From Octopus vulgaris (lineage: Eukaryota), in NCBI GenBank assembly GCA_951406725.2, contig OX597814.1, positions 24,676,001-24,740,000 on the forward strand: DNA of 64,000 nucleotides, read 5' to 3'. Shown here one piece after another: positions 50,586 through 64,000 of this stretch; the stretch's first letter is position 1, and every line of letters begins with the position of its first letter. The position numbers were made by a program, and so were the translations under genes. A model generated the notes under the pieces. The model was not told the origin of the DNA and searched no databases. It saw only the letters and a program-made list of their open reading frames with translations.

Positions 50586-52338
50586 GAGAAAGATAGCAAG
50601 TGAAAGAAAAAGAGATAGCAATGATATAAATCATCGTGTACAAATTTATTTTATTTAACCTCATTGAAAAACAGCAACAATTTATATAACACGTTTTTTT
50701 TCTTTCCAAGTTATTACGTAACAATCTTCCAGTAAGTAATTTCAGTGCAAGAACTTTCAGCAAACGGATTTACTGGGTATTAAACTGTCAAATTCCATTT
50801 GGAGTTTTATTGGAATAGATAGTTTCCTCATCATATATTTGTTTTGGCAGTAAATTATTTTCTAATTCCTCCCCTTGTATTACATTTCTTGGAAGTAAAG
50901 ACATAAAGATGAACAAAAAAAAAAAAATAAGCAGAGGAATACAACTTGCAAAGCTGTTTTTGTGTATGTAATAGTGTGTGTGTGTGTGTGCGTGTGCGCG
51001 TGTGTGTGTGTGTGTGTGTGTGTGGTTATGAATTAGCATAACCTAATGGTGTAATCTTCAGAAGCTTGGTTACAAGGATATCTCAACAGAAAACATTATG
51101 GACCCCCAAAAGAGATATTAAATATCCTGTAGGATAGGAGTTAAGCTCCCATTGTAATAAAACTATGAGATATTTGTGATTCTTTGCCAGTGTTAGCTAT
51201 TTTTGGTTTTGGTCATTATCATTATCATAGTTATTTAATGTCCATTTTCCATGCAAGCATGTGTAAGACTGTTTGACAGGATCTAATGAGAGAGAATAGT
51301 GTGTCAACTCCAATGCTTATTTGGTCATAATTTCTACTGTGGGATACACTTCCTAGCACCAACTACTTTTCAAAGTGAACTGGATGTTTTTTTCCATGCA
51401 CCAGCACAAGTGAGGTTACCCTGTTACTTACAAGTCTAAGATCCCTTTCAACTGAGTGGGTGAATATGAGAGAGAGTTTACTTTATGCTAGGTGTTTAGA
51501 GGTTAGAATATGAAAGAAGCAGGGACAGACTTGTAAGGATGAATGAGTAGAGGTTGCAAGAGTGTATAGGGAAACTGAAGGATGGTCAGAATAGAAGTAG
51601 AGTGGAGTGTGAATGAAGTGAATGGTGAATAAGAGTAGAGTAATGGTTGATGATAAATATGAATTGGGAGAAGGTAGGGGAGTGATGGATGGCAGTACAG
51701 AAAGCATGAAGAGCATCAAAATGATAATAAAGCAATAGATGGGGAAGGAAAGAGAAAGGGGAATAACAGGTTGTCAGTGGAGAGGAAGGTTTAAAGTGTG
51801 AAGGTAGAGAGAAAGACATGGTGATATGGACAGAGGTAATCAGAGGTACACAGAGGTGAATCAGGAGGAAATGTTTCAAAGGAGAGGGTGAAATAATTGA
51901 TTGCATAGAAGGGTGATCAATAGAAAATGTCAGTAGAGAGGAACAATGTTATTAATGTAGCACAGAAAAGAATGATGATATGTATAGCTCTCGCATTTAA
52001 TTATAATAGTAGAATACTGAAGTAGTTAGGAGAGAGATGAAAGGATTAGGGATGAGGCAATGAGAGAGTAATAGGGAGGGCATGAGAAAATCAAATGATG
52101 TGAGGGACCTAGTCGTGTGTATACACCTTATGCTTCCTGTATCTCAGTTTCATTCATTTGGATGAGTATTCTATCATGTTACATATTACCAAACACTTTA
52201 GTCATCTAACATTTCTTCTGTGACCATCTTTCATTATTTCATCCCATGTCATCTTGTGTCTCCCTTTTCCAGAATCTTCATTCATATTAAGCAAACAGTA
52301 CTTCTTTATACAGCTGTTCTCATCTATACACATCATTT

Positions 52339-52672
52339 AGGTTAGTTAGTTAGTTAGTTAGTTAGTTAATTTGGCTCAAAAGCAAATAGCAAGGCCATGT
52401 AGGGGGACATGGAGTTAAGTACAGGGTGGTGTTCATGTAAAGAGTTCAGGCCACTTGAGGTCCAGGGAGGCTTTGAACAAAGCGGTCGTCGGCATCTTCA
52501 CCATCTCGTCTGGCAGCTTGTTCCACGGATCCGCAACCCGGACGGAGAAAGCTCCTCTCCTTCGATTGAGATGAAATCGTCGCAGGTAGAGCTTTTCGGA
52601 ATGACCCCGCAGCCGACGCTCTGGAGCAGGAGTGAAGAACAGCTATTTCGAGAGGTTACACTTTCCGCTTAT
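52339..52672 (-). mobile_element. CR1-clade LINE 3' end, young
   Basis: Minus peptide RLRGHSEKLYLRRFHLNRRRGAFSVRVADPWNKLPDEMV...LFKASLD; stop at 52433-35; (TAAC)n tail; CpG-rich. Confidence 0.9.
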
Positions 52673-53089
52673 GTTACTGTGTGGATTAAAAGTTTGCTTT
52701 CCAACCATATACATAATTCTAGGTTCAACCCAGTTGCATGTCACACATCACCTGTCCATATCAGTGCAACTTGGTTTCTTATTGGAAACAATTTTTGTCT
52801 GCTTAGATAAGTTTAGATATTAATCTATGCTAATATGGATTAGATATTTACTAGATATATTACTATTAAGACACAACATTTTTACAACCAGATTCTTTCT
52901 AACCACCAATTGTCAAGTAAGGAATGTTTTAATCAACATATTTTTGAAGGCACAAATATTGTCCATGATTTGTCAACAAGGAAAATGGCAACATCACTGC
53001 TTGTTACTCAGTGATTTTTAGAGAAGCATAAATATAAACAAATACATAGACACAGATGCACACACATAAACAGGTACACAAACACACTG

Positions 53090-53104
53090 ATAGATAGATG
53101 GATG

Positions 53105-53178
<74 letters not shown>

Positions 53179-53191
53179 TAAATAGATAGAC

Positions 53192-53287
<96 letters not shown>

Positions 53288-53292
53288 TGATA
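53090..53292. repeat. (GATA)n/(GA)n/(GACA)n microsatellite
   Basis: Directly visible. Confidence 0.92.
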
Positions 53293-56200
53293 GAACAGGC
53301 TTAACCACTCACAAGACTTTGTTCTGTCCAAAGTCTCATAAAAGATATTTGCTCAAGGTGCCATGCAACTGTACTGAACTCAAAACCATATGGTAGAGAA
53401 ATAAACTTCTGAACCACAGAGGTTAATGAGGAGAGGAAGGCTAGTACCCATGACCACTTTTTCAGGACTGTTCATATGGACTTGAAGAAGGGAAAATATT
53501 ATCCTGAGAGTGGCAACTTAACAACAGAATGTACTCCCTAAAATCTCCCAGGAGCCAACAGATGATTTTAAAACAAAATGACAGGTTAAATTTATCATTC
53601 CAAAACAAGAACAGTTACTTAGTCATAATTCCACACAGTTTTGTCCATCATATTGCATTCTCAACGTTGTGGTGAAAATGAAGTTGTACTTTCCTAAGGT
53701 GTCATAGAAGCGAATTGAAACTGAAATCAAGCAAGTGCAAGGAGGACTTCTTAACCGCACAACCATGGCAGTGTCCCTAGTAGCAGTAAACATATAGTAA
53801 AATTTTAAATTATGCAATAGTAGTAGTGGTGGTGGTGGTGGTGGTGTTAGGTTGGCTCAGAAGTATAGTCATTAAAATTAAATAAGAATTAAGAGCAGTG
53901 AATTGACAGAATCACTAGAGCATCAGACAAACTACCTCACACAATTTAGTCATCAGTTTTATACCATCGCAGTTCAAAATCTACTAGTTTCAGTTTTGCC
54001 TTTTATCCTCTGGGGTTGAGAAAAGGACCAGTCTAGTACTGGGTGTCAATTTAATGACTGTATTGATTCCCAACAATATTTTGTAATCTTGTGTCTATGT
54101 TAAAAGTCATTAAGAATTTATGCTAGTTTTGGAGTAACCAGTGTAATTGTTGATAATGATACATGAAATTAAGCTAGTTGAGTATATCGAGTTCACATTA
54201 AGTTTGGTTTATTTTAGAAGCATTTGCTTTCCATTCTGAAGTTCATGCGGTCAAGAAGATTAATAGTATTAGTGACTATTAGTGATAATTAATTATAGTA
54301 TTAGCATTAATGATAGTGATGATGATGATATTGAAAGCAGCAAGGATAGTCATAATTTTATGAGTGTAAGTTGCAGCTCGGGTTATTTATATTTGTGATA
54401 ATATTTAAGCCAAATTTATTGTGAAGCTGGTATGTGGGAAGTTGGCATTAGAAAGACAAAATTGTAAATATTTTCTGTTTTTAAGATAAAAGCAAAAAAG
54501 TTTAGTTATGGTAAATATTTGAACAGTATATTTATTAATGAGTACATTCAGGTTTTATTGATTTTGTTTTATAAAGTTTGTGCCATAAAAGCAACCTGAT
54601 ATTTCATAGTAACCTGCTGCATATGATGGAAATCATTTGAAGCATGAGATTAAGTTCTGTCAATGAAATCTGACTTGCAAAACATAACGTTGTTTCTATT
54701 CAATAACATCTTTTTAACCTTAAAATTTGTAAAAACATATACAAAAGTAATATGTTAAATGCGGGAAACTCAACTTTAAGCATATCACACTATATATGGC
54801 TTATATTGTTACTGGTGCTTAATTTGTATGATCATGATTGCTAAAAGTATTTGAATTTGAACTCCAATATGGAACCCTTTAAATCTCCCATAAATGTGTA
54901 TGTAACCCTCTGTTGTTATTGTCATTGTAAGAAAGGAGAGGCTAAACTGATTGCTGAAACTAATGTTCTTTGAATACTTGGAATAGGGAAAACAAATAGA
55001 GCCAAAGTTATGTATGGGTATTACCTCTCCTGGATGAAGAAAATGCTTGTTTTTTTATTCTAAGATTAATTGCTAAAGATACAATTAATTAGTCAGAAAA
55101 GTTGCTTTCTTTCCTTTACTTTTCTTTCTTTGTTTTGAAACAATGCAGATTTGTGTTTTCAGATTATGATGCAAAAATTTTGAAGGGTAAAATATCGCTA
55201 AACCTCATATAAATTCAAGCTTATGGAATTCATTCAAATATTCCATATTTAAAACATTACTCCATATTTAAAATATTCATATAGAGACACCTTAAGAAGG
55301 CTGATGTTTTAATAAATAACTAAGTAGATGAAGATGTCATTTTGTAAAAATGGATTTTGCATTTTATTTGGAAAAACATTTATGGTAATTATTGTTGATA
55401 ATTCATAAAAAGCCTAAGAATCTTTTCAATTATTCATTCTAAATAGGAACCATAAATTAATGCAGCTATTTAAAAATATATTCTCTACCATAGTCTGTTT
55501 CATAAATCATAGGCAAACCTTGAGACCATTTGTTAACTATAAGCCTAGTGACATTTCAGTTTTGTACACAAATGCATTTCCGGATCAAATGCATTATTTA
55601 TGATCTTTACTAGATAGTCATATCTGATTTTCATAATTTTGCTTTTTTATATATTAGTAATGTGTTTTTAATCACTCTTATAATATATTTTTAAAAAAAC
55701 TTAAATGATGAATGGTAATTTCTTCTCTCTCTTCTTTGACCCTTAATTTTAAAAATATTGGTGATTTTTGCATATGAATAGTTAGAATCCACAGGGAATT
55801 AAACTCAACTGTAGAGGACAGATGTCTGAATGATTTCAAAGCATATGACTTTATTTAAATTGCTATTCAATTCTGAGCTTAGTGGTATGTATGTATGCAT
55901 TTTAGATATACACTTGAATAGCAAGTAAAGTTTTCCAAGTTATTAAGCATTGAAATATCAATGAAGACTTAATCTTCAGTATAGTAATTCAATAAACTAA
56001 TTGGAATTGTATTCGATTGATTCATGATTTCAGCCTCACACCATAAGCTAAGGAAATGAGCAATAATTATGTGAATGTTTATAGCAGTAAGTTGTGCTTC
56101 TTCATGATACCTAGATACAGCTTTGTTGACAGGGCTCTAGGGGTTTAACTCATTAGATGCAAGCCAGTGAACCAGTTGTTAATTGTCCAGTATTCTATCA

Positions 56201-58084
56201 ACTGTAAATTTATAACTAGGTATATCTAAATAAAAAGTAGAAATAATTATTACCTATAAAACAATGAAGATTATCTCTTTTTGCTCTTTAGGGATTTATA
56301 GAAATGAGTAATGAAAACAAGCCCTGCCAGAAAGAAGAAATTTAATCAGATAATTGATCGCAATGTTGGTATAAAATATAAAGGTAATGATGGTAAGTTA
56401 AATTTTCAAGTAGTTGAACATCAATTAGCAATCAAGTGTTGTTTTTCAAGGTAAGCTTGATAGCAAGAAAAGAAAATATATAAGAGAGATATCAGTCTCT
56501 CAGACAAAATCAATCTATATTATAGTTAGAAAATATTAAATATAGTTACAATATTTCAAAAGAATTCTAATAGATAAAATAGATACAAAAAAGTACTTTT
56601 GATGTTACAACCAGTTTAGGGTTAAAAGGGCAAAGCAAGAATTATTAACTTTGAAGTGGATTCATTGGTTATGGCTTATGTGTGCTTGTTTGAATAGTTG
56701 TTGGTCAATATAGTTATCCATTTCAATTTATGTACACGTATACACATCTATGTAAAAATGTAAGACTGAGCTGAATGAGTTTTTATATTTGTCCCCTAGA
56801 TGTTTTCTTTTGCTCAGAGGGCTGTTATAGATTCTAGGTTTGTTAACATATATCAGTACATCTGAGAAAATCTCTAAAATTGTTATTTAATTTTCCAGTA
56901 AGATTGCTGTTTGTGTAATTGAGTATATTGTTACTCTCCCAACTACTTCTGCAGGTTGACATGAAAGCCTATTTACAGACTGTAAAACACATCACATATT
57001 TATTTATTCATCTTTTTTACCTTTTCCAATAATGATCAATAATAATTCATGAACATTTTCCAGCTGAAAGACTGGTATTTATCTTTTCCATTTGATATAT
57101 ATTCTCAAAACCCCTTGGGATCTTTTCATCCCCTGTCACCCAGTTATATTGCAAATATCTGAATATTTACTTTAAAATATATCAAACATAGTTCCTTTCA
57201 TAGATAATGTAGGATAATTAATTGTGATTTATATAAAGTAAATAATTTTAAAAACATGTATAAATTAATAACTGCTTATGGCATTTCAAGAGCTGAGGCT
57301 CAAAGTCTTTGATTATTTTAAGATGGCATTTACAAACCCACAGTGAACATGTATACATATACACAAAAATGTATAGTCATGCTATTCATAAAATGCCGTA
57401 TGATATTATTTGGATGGTAGAAGTTTGAGCCATAAGTAAGTTAACTACATTAGTCATTAAAATCATATCTGCCCATATGTATATATTTTTAAATTATGAG
57501 ATGTAATGGTCAAATAATAATAACTCAAAGTTCTTTTACTATGGAAAAAATTATTTGTTACATTTTTACAAGATGTAAAAATATTTGTCAAGTGATCAGG
57601 GAGACTTTGAGTAGAGTATACAATATGGATGAGGTCAAATAGATTGGAGTATGTCTATCATTGTCCCCTTCCTACAAGCAAAAGTCAAAATTTTCTTCCC
57701 TTACAAATTGCTGCTAGGTTTTGCTGCCTTTCTCCAGCTGAAAGACATTTCATATTAAATAAAAAATATTTGCATTTGGCATTTAATGACATCCCCTTAA
57801 CTTATACAGATTTAAAACACACGCACACACACACACACACACAGAAACACATACACATGCATACATGTACACGCACAATACATATGAAGCACGTCCAAGA
57901 TATGACAATCACAAAACGATTGGAAAACCCTAATTGGGTATATAGGACAACTGCTTACCAGTAATGGGGGTGATTAAATGTATCTATTCTTTGATTCATA
58001 TCAAATGATTACACTGTCAATTCACATCCTTTCAGGGGCGCCATCAATGTCATTACAAAGAAGTCTCTCCTTAAAGAAAGTGCA

Positions 58085-59610
58085 AAACTTCAGGTTGGCT
58101 ATCATCAATATTACCACAAGAAAGGGTAGCTTTGGAGAGATTGCTTAGATGCTAGAGTATAAAAGATGGGTGACATCTCTGGGATTAGTGGGAAAATCAT
58201 ACTGTTGGCAAGCAAATGGATAGACAAAGTAATTGAGGCAGTTAGATTAAGCATCAGAATAATTAAGCTTTGACAAGTTATAGACAGCGTGACTGCAACA
58301 GAGATGTGTTCATAGGTATCAGAATGAGGATGAGCAAAATGACAGTTTCTTTGAGAACATCTCGTAGAATATCGAGATAACTGCCAATGACAGTGACCAT
58401 ATCACCATTATTGGTAACCTTAACGATACCATTATGGCTACTTTGGTGCAACACAGAGGTCATGAATATGAAGCAAGAAATGAAGAAGAATCAAAGGCCT
58501 GTGATGCAACTGATATAACCAGTTGTAACACTAAATTCAGGAAACTGATCGCTACTTGATCAACTGCAACACAGAAGCTAGTTAGGCTTCATGATCCCCA
58601 GCAAGCAGGATACTTAGATGTGAATGCTAAGTCTTGCTCTTTTGAAGAATGTGCTGTCCAATATTGATCACTAGTTAACAGTATTGGGGGTGAGAACTAG
58701 ACGGGCTTAGAGACACAAAGCAATCTAAAGGAAATATATTTGGAAATTGAAGTTCAAAATACAAAGGGACATGAAGAAGAATGGGAAGACACTCATAACA
58801 GAATATAACTGAGAATTGCTTTGAGATATTCTGCTGTGAACTATAGATCAAATCAGTATGTAACATGGTGGTGGAATGAGACAGAAGACAAAGCGATAAA
58901 ATCTAAGTGACAGACCTGAGGAGAATGGAAGAATGATTCTGAGAACAAGGAAGAAAATTAGGCTAAACAGAACAAATCAACAAGAAGAACAGCTAGACTT
59001 AAGTTTTGACAAGGAGTAAAACAGAGTAAGAGATTTACTAAATGTTCTGTGACAAGAAGCTCATGAAAATGAGATATTCCAGATAGCAAAGCAGTATCTT
59101 GGTGGGATTCAGGATGTATTTAGAGAGAATTATATATATAAAAAAATGATAATAGTATGCTTGAATTAAACTGATGCTAAGAAGAAAGAGGCATAGACTT
59201 GCTGCTATGAGAGATTCCTGAATAAAGAGAATGTACAGAAGATAGAATGACTACAGTGAGTAGATTCAACAATGGGGGAAGTTATTAGAGTTGACAGCTA
59301 CAAGATTGAAAGAAACTATTCTGGATATGGAGGCAGAGAAAGCAAGTGGACAATCAGGGATAGACACTGGAATGTTGAAAATATCTGGTGAAGTAGGATT
59401 CATACTGGTGACTCATGCCAATCAGGTTTTATTGTATAAGGGTAATCAGGTTCTGTATTATGGGGCATTGCTTTCATCCCCAATGATTGGTAATTCAGTG
59501 TCAGTATCAACTGCTACTAGGAGAAAGAAGATATTCCCAAAAGGAATAGCTATAGAGACATCAAACCAACAGTCCAAGTTATGAATGTAATAGGAAGAGT
59601 TGGGTCACTT
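58085..59610 (+). pseudogene. Ancient RTE LINE fragment (APE endonuclease start to RT domain 1), heavily decayed
   Basis: Peptides resembling 'NxxTxKGxxGEI' and 'KASGQSGIDTGMLKISGEVG', and ccaatgattgg...gctatagagacatcaaac ('PNDW...YRxIK'). Confidence 0.7.
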
Positions 59611-59686
59611 TTCATCCTGTGTCCAGATGCTGCCATAATCAATAATTTTTGCTTTTCATCATTTACAAGGTCAGTAAAATAATACC

Positions 59687-60355
59687 TGTTGTTGTTTAGC
59701 CATGCAGACCTATGAGCAAAGAGACTCCAGCCATGAACAACCAATCCTTATTTTTTCAGGTACAATATGTAGAAGAAAAGAATGAAAGATGAAATTAAAG
59801 AAATACTAAGTGATATCTATGACAAGGAGGAAGAGACACAGACCCATAACATCAATCAATATTTGATTTCGTATTTTAAGATGGTAGGATGTTTAAAAAG
59901 AAGTTCTGGTTGCAATGTATAGAGGTGAATTCACTCATTTGTTGCTTAAGTTTTATTTAAAATATAATTAAGTCTCATACACAAATGTTCATCAAATAAA
60001 TATAGAAAGCTTAATTTTAGGGTCACCAATCAGGAATACATGAATACAAAAAAGTCAATGAGAGTGTTTCTATTTGATCAGCTGACAAGCTTGAAATAGC
60101 TATCAAATCTCTTTTAAAACATGTCCTATCACCAAAACAAAAGAAGAACACTGTTTAATGTGGTCCAGAGCACATTAACAACATGAATATGAATACAGAT
60201 GAAATAACCTGTTACATCTGGTAACTAAACCTGCCTTAAGTCACATCACATTATCTTAAAAGAGGAAGGATACATTGGATAATACTAATATAGCTGGAAC
60301 CCCTTTGATCATAAGTCTGATTGGGTTGATCTAGGGTTAAATAATAATAACACCA
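59687..60355. repeat. Family E copies in opposite orientations
   Basis: gttgttgtttagcc...gacctatgagcaaag (-) and cctttgatcataagtctg...aataataac (+). Confidence 0.5.
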
Positions 60356-61244
60356 ACTAAAATGTTAAGAATTTTACAAATGTTTGACTGATACAAACAA
60401 CATACAAAGAAACTTGTTGGCATAGATACTGAACTGCCAATTTTCGATCTCTATACATTGGCAAAAGATATCAATTGGTTGTTAGTATAGCTTACTATAG
60501 TGAGAACTTTAATGTTAGTGATAAACTCCCATAGTGTTTCACCTTCAAGATGTTTTTTATTCTTAGTTGGAGATAATTTATTCCATTTATGCCACACTGC
60601 TGCTCTCTGGAAAGAACTTTCACAAAGCACAATATGATTCTACTTTATAAATTTGTGCCCTTAAGACTTAAGTATGTAATCAATATTATTTTGCACCAAA
60701 ATCAGATCAGATTGAAGAAGCAATAAAAGTACATGTAACTATTCTAGAAAATAAGGAACAAATATTCTCAGGTTCCAAGATTTCCAGCTGTGAGGTTTAG
60801 TACCACAAAAGACAAGAAAATATTTTGCTCCAAGTGATAATACTTCATGTTTCAAAAATTGATCTGAAGTTTAGAATCTTATCGAGTAGAAAACGACATT
60901 TCTACAACTTGTCTCTTCAACAGTTCATAAAAGTCAAAACATGAAATTATAGCCAAGACTTAAATGTTGGCACTGAGTATATACTTACACACACACACAT
61001 GCACACGCACACATGCACACACAAACACACACACATAATTGTGTATATTAGATGATATTTATCTCTCACTAGATGGAGCAATTGTTTTGTTGACCCTGCC
61101 TATATTGGAACTGTAGAATATACATATACATATATACATACAGACATATGTATGTGTATGCATGTGTGCTTATATAAGCTTGTGTAAGTGTATAGGTCCA
61201 CTGAATTATGCATGGGTTAGCTGTGACCTAGATGTATATATGCC

Positions 61245-61440
61245 ATGTCACTCTTAAGTGTTACTCTTGAGTGTAACATGTAACCCAGTCCAACCTGTTG
61301 CAAGGTCATGTCATCAGCAACTAATCTGGTAACCCCAGCATGCTTCCTTGGTGAGGAGGGTGATTGTTGGAAAACCTGCAAGATTAAAAACAAGACCTGT
61401 CAGAGGGCAGAGAATCTCATGAGTAGGCAATGGCCATTCA
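61245..61440 (+). mobile_element. Family D 5' fragment
   Basis: taacatgtaacccagtccaacctgttgca, cttggtgaggaggg, aaaacaagacctgtca match 8003-8200. Confidence 0.7.
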
Positions 61441-61569
61441 AAAATGTGTACATATGTATATATTGTGTATAAATTTTTATTTTGATTAGATTTTAAATTT
61501 TCTATTTTTATATATATATATCTATTTTTATTCACATTTTTTAATATTCATATATTATATTCTTTGCCT

Positions 61570-61930
61570 ATCATCATCATCATCGTTTAACGTCCGTTCT
61601 CCATGCTAGCATGGGTTGGACAGTTCGACCGGGGATCTGGGAAGCCAGAAGGCTGCACCAGGCTCCAGTCTGTTCTGGCTGTGTTTCTACAGCTGGATGC
61701 CCTTCCTAACGCCAACCACTCCGTGAGTGTAGTCGGCGTTAGGAAGGGCACCCAGCTGTAGAACCACTAACACCAACTGCACTCACAGAGTGGTTGGCGT
61801 TAGGAAGGGCATCCAGCTGTAGAAACACAGCCAGATCAAACTGGAGCCTGGTGCAGCCTTCTGGCTTCCCAGATCCCCGGTCGAACTGTCCAACCCATGC
61901 TAGCATGGAGAACGGACGTTAAACGATGAT
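61570..61930. mobile_element. Inverted pair of RTE 3' ends forming a near-perfect palindrome
   Basis: 61579-61729 is the reverse complement of 61780-61930 with 3 mismatches counted. Confidence 0.92.
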
Positions 61931-62742
61931 ATATATATATATATATATATGTCTGTATTTGTATATGTATGTATCTATGTATCGAATACATATGCCATAT
62001 ATGTCTTTTTTCCTGCCCTCTAGGTGTGTCTGTGGTTGTGTGTGTGTGTGTGTATATATATAAATATATATATATCGATGTGGTGCATGTCAGTTCATAC
62101 ATACTGGTCAATATATGAACACAAAAACCAGAAGAATATTTACAAATGCAAATATGAACTGCAACAACAGAAATTTAATTAATGCATCAAATGCCTGAAT
62201 TATGAAGAGATATATTGTACGTTGATCAGATTGGGAATGCATAATCAGAATGTTCCCGTTTGTACTGACAGCAAATTAGGGATCCTGATATCCATCAGAT
62301 AGCTTTAAGCAACCATCTGGCAATATGTGGTCAGAAAAAGTTTATAATATTCCCATTCTACAAACTACACAACTCAAGTGAAATTGAGAGAAAAATTAGA
62401 GAAAAAAATTTTATTGATAAATTCCAACCCGTTCTAAATGGACAGTTATAGTAATGGTGATAACTATAATGATGATGGTAATAATAATAATAAATACTAC
62501 TGCTATTTCTACTGCTACCGCCACCACCACAAACAACAATAGTGGAGAATGGTAGTAGTGTTGACCAAATGAACATTGACTTGATTGAAAAATAAAAATT
62601 TCTGGAGTAACAAAAGAATCCAATGAAAACGAGAATGTTGTTTACAACATTCCAAAATAAAACCAAACAATTATTCCTTTAGGTATAGTCAAAGCAAAGA
62701 ATCTTTGACATGCCCATCAAACTGTGACATCTAAGCCACATA

Positions 62743-62833
62743 CTGATTGGTCAAAATGCAGTTCATAAGATTCAGCCGGAAGGAGCTCATCAAAGGGTAT
62801 TTAAAGGATAAATCCAACCATTTCACTACAGTT
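62743..62833 (+). promoter_or_regulatory. Candidate Pol II core promoter
   Basis: Reverse CCAAT box ctgattggtc (62743), ccggaag (62776), catcaaagg (62788), TATTTAAA (62798) and Inr-like tcact/acagtt 25-32 bp downstream. Confidence 0.2.
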
Positions 62834-63639
62834 GTCAATTGTGGAACATGGCTGTCACTACATAAGCCTGATGATTGCTTAACACATGAAAGTAATAGTT
62901 TATCTATTGGCTAAACTGGCAAAATGACCATTCTGAAATACAACAATAATAGTATATTTCAATATTGTGAAATTATAAAATTGCAAATAATAACGTGGTG
63001 GAGGGCTCTTCATGCATTGAGTACATATTAAATTTTATTAAAACTTGACCAATATTTTTCAAGCACTGAACAATTTTCATCAAAACAATGATATAATTTG
63101 TCAATGTGGAACTTATTTCAAAGCTGCAATGATAAACAACATTTTCTGTCTTCCCATTCAGAGGTCAGTATAATTTTTCTCCTGTCTAACCTCTTTCTTT
63201 CTCTCTTCCTCTCTTTCTATTGATTGTTTTCAACCATCACCATCACCAGTACCACCACATCACCACTCTAGCTGCCATACACACACCATTCAGACTTCTG
63301 ACGCCACCACCATCAATACCTTTGATTTTGCCACCTTCCCCTCCACCACTATCACCACTGCCTTTCACAAGGCTTACTATCACCATCATCCCTGACCACC
63401 TTGGCTACCACTACCACCACCATCATCTCCAAAGCCTCCGCCTGTCACAACTACAGCTCATATTATTACTATTACCCATTGCCATCACAACCATCAATTT
63501 ACTACCAACCTAACCATCTTTATGCCTGCTATTACTCTCACCCTAGCAGGAGGAACAGTAGAAGTATCAGTGAATAGTGAAAGAGGGTGGTCAAAGTGTG
63601 CACACTGACTCAGAAATTCGTTTTGGCATTTATTATGAT

Positions 63640-63642
63640 AGA

Positions 63643-63684
<42 letters not shown>

Positions 63685-63749
63685 CATATACATATATATA
63701 TATACATATATACATATACATATATACATATACATATACATCTGTATAC

Positions 63750-63798
<49 letters not shown>

Positions 63799-63845
63799 CA
63801 CGCATATATATATATATATATGTGTGTACATATATATATATACAC
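63640..63845. repeat. (TA)n/(TACATA)n microsatellite
   Basis: Directly visible. Confidence 0.9.
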
Positions 63846-64000
63846 AATGTGTATATGTTCTTGAGCTACACCCTTCATTACACATTGATCCAGCCTTCTC
63901 ACCTCTAAATAGGTAACCATGTAATGGACTGGTGTTCTGTTCACTGGGAATGTTAGCTTTAGGGGTGGGGGTGGGGCATAATCATTTAGGTCAAAAATAA

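Noticed and set aside
59757-59925. Exon-like segment encoding MKDEIKEILSDIYDKEEE
   Set aside because: The acceptor and donor both lie in family E repeat sequence, and I do not recognise the peptide
2933-63944. Dozens of ORFs rich in YI/IY, HT, VC, MYVC or poly-I/M/H/D
   Set aside because: They are translations of (TA)n, (CA)n, (TATG)n and (GAT)n microsatellites, open on both strands
63958-63977. G-rich run resembling a telomere repeat or G-quadruplex
   Set aside because: Only three G-tracts and no tandem TTAGGG

Overview
AT-rich, microsatellite-dense eukaryotic DNA, intronic or intergenic. The repeat landscape (tRNA-derived SINEs, RTE and CR1 LINEs, (TA)n/(TATG)n/(GAT)n) most resembles an Octopus (coleoid cephalopod) genome; this is inference from recalled repeat families. 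I recognise no host protein-coding gene, and nearly all listed ORFs are microsatellite or SINE artefacts. All genuinely protein-like sequence is transposon-derived and broken: RTE ORF2 fragments (one with a C4HC3 PHD-like finger inside the RT), a full-length dead mariner (37970-39241), a dead hATm-like transposon (22363-25409) and a CR1 3' end. Non-autonomous elements include a Helitron, several MITEs and at least four SINE-like families. The best leads are hammerhead-ribozyme-like motifs (a canonical but mutated minimal one, plus a permuted GAAAC...CTGANGA motif shared by two diverged repeats), several fold-back or templated junctions that form long hairpins, a bipartite RTE-derived element, a candidate core promoter and a candidate exon. 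I found no convincing novel multi-gene system. Boundaries of degraded repeats are approximate.
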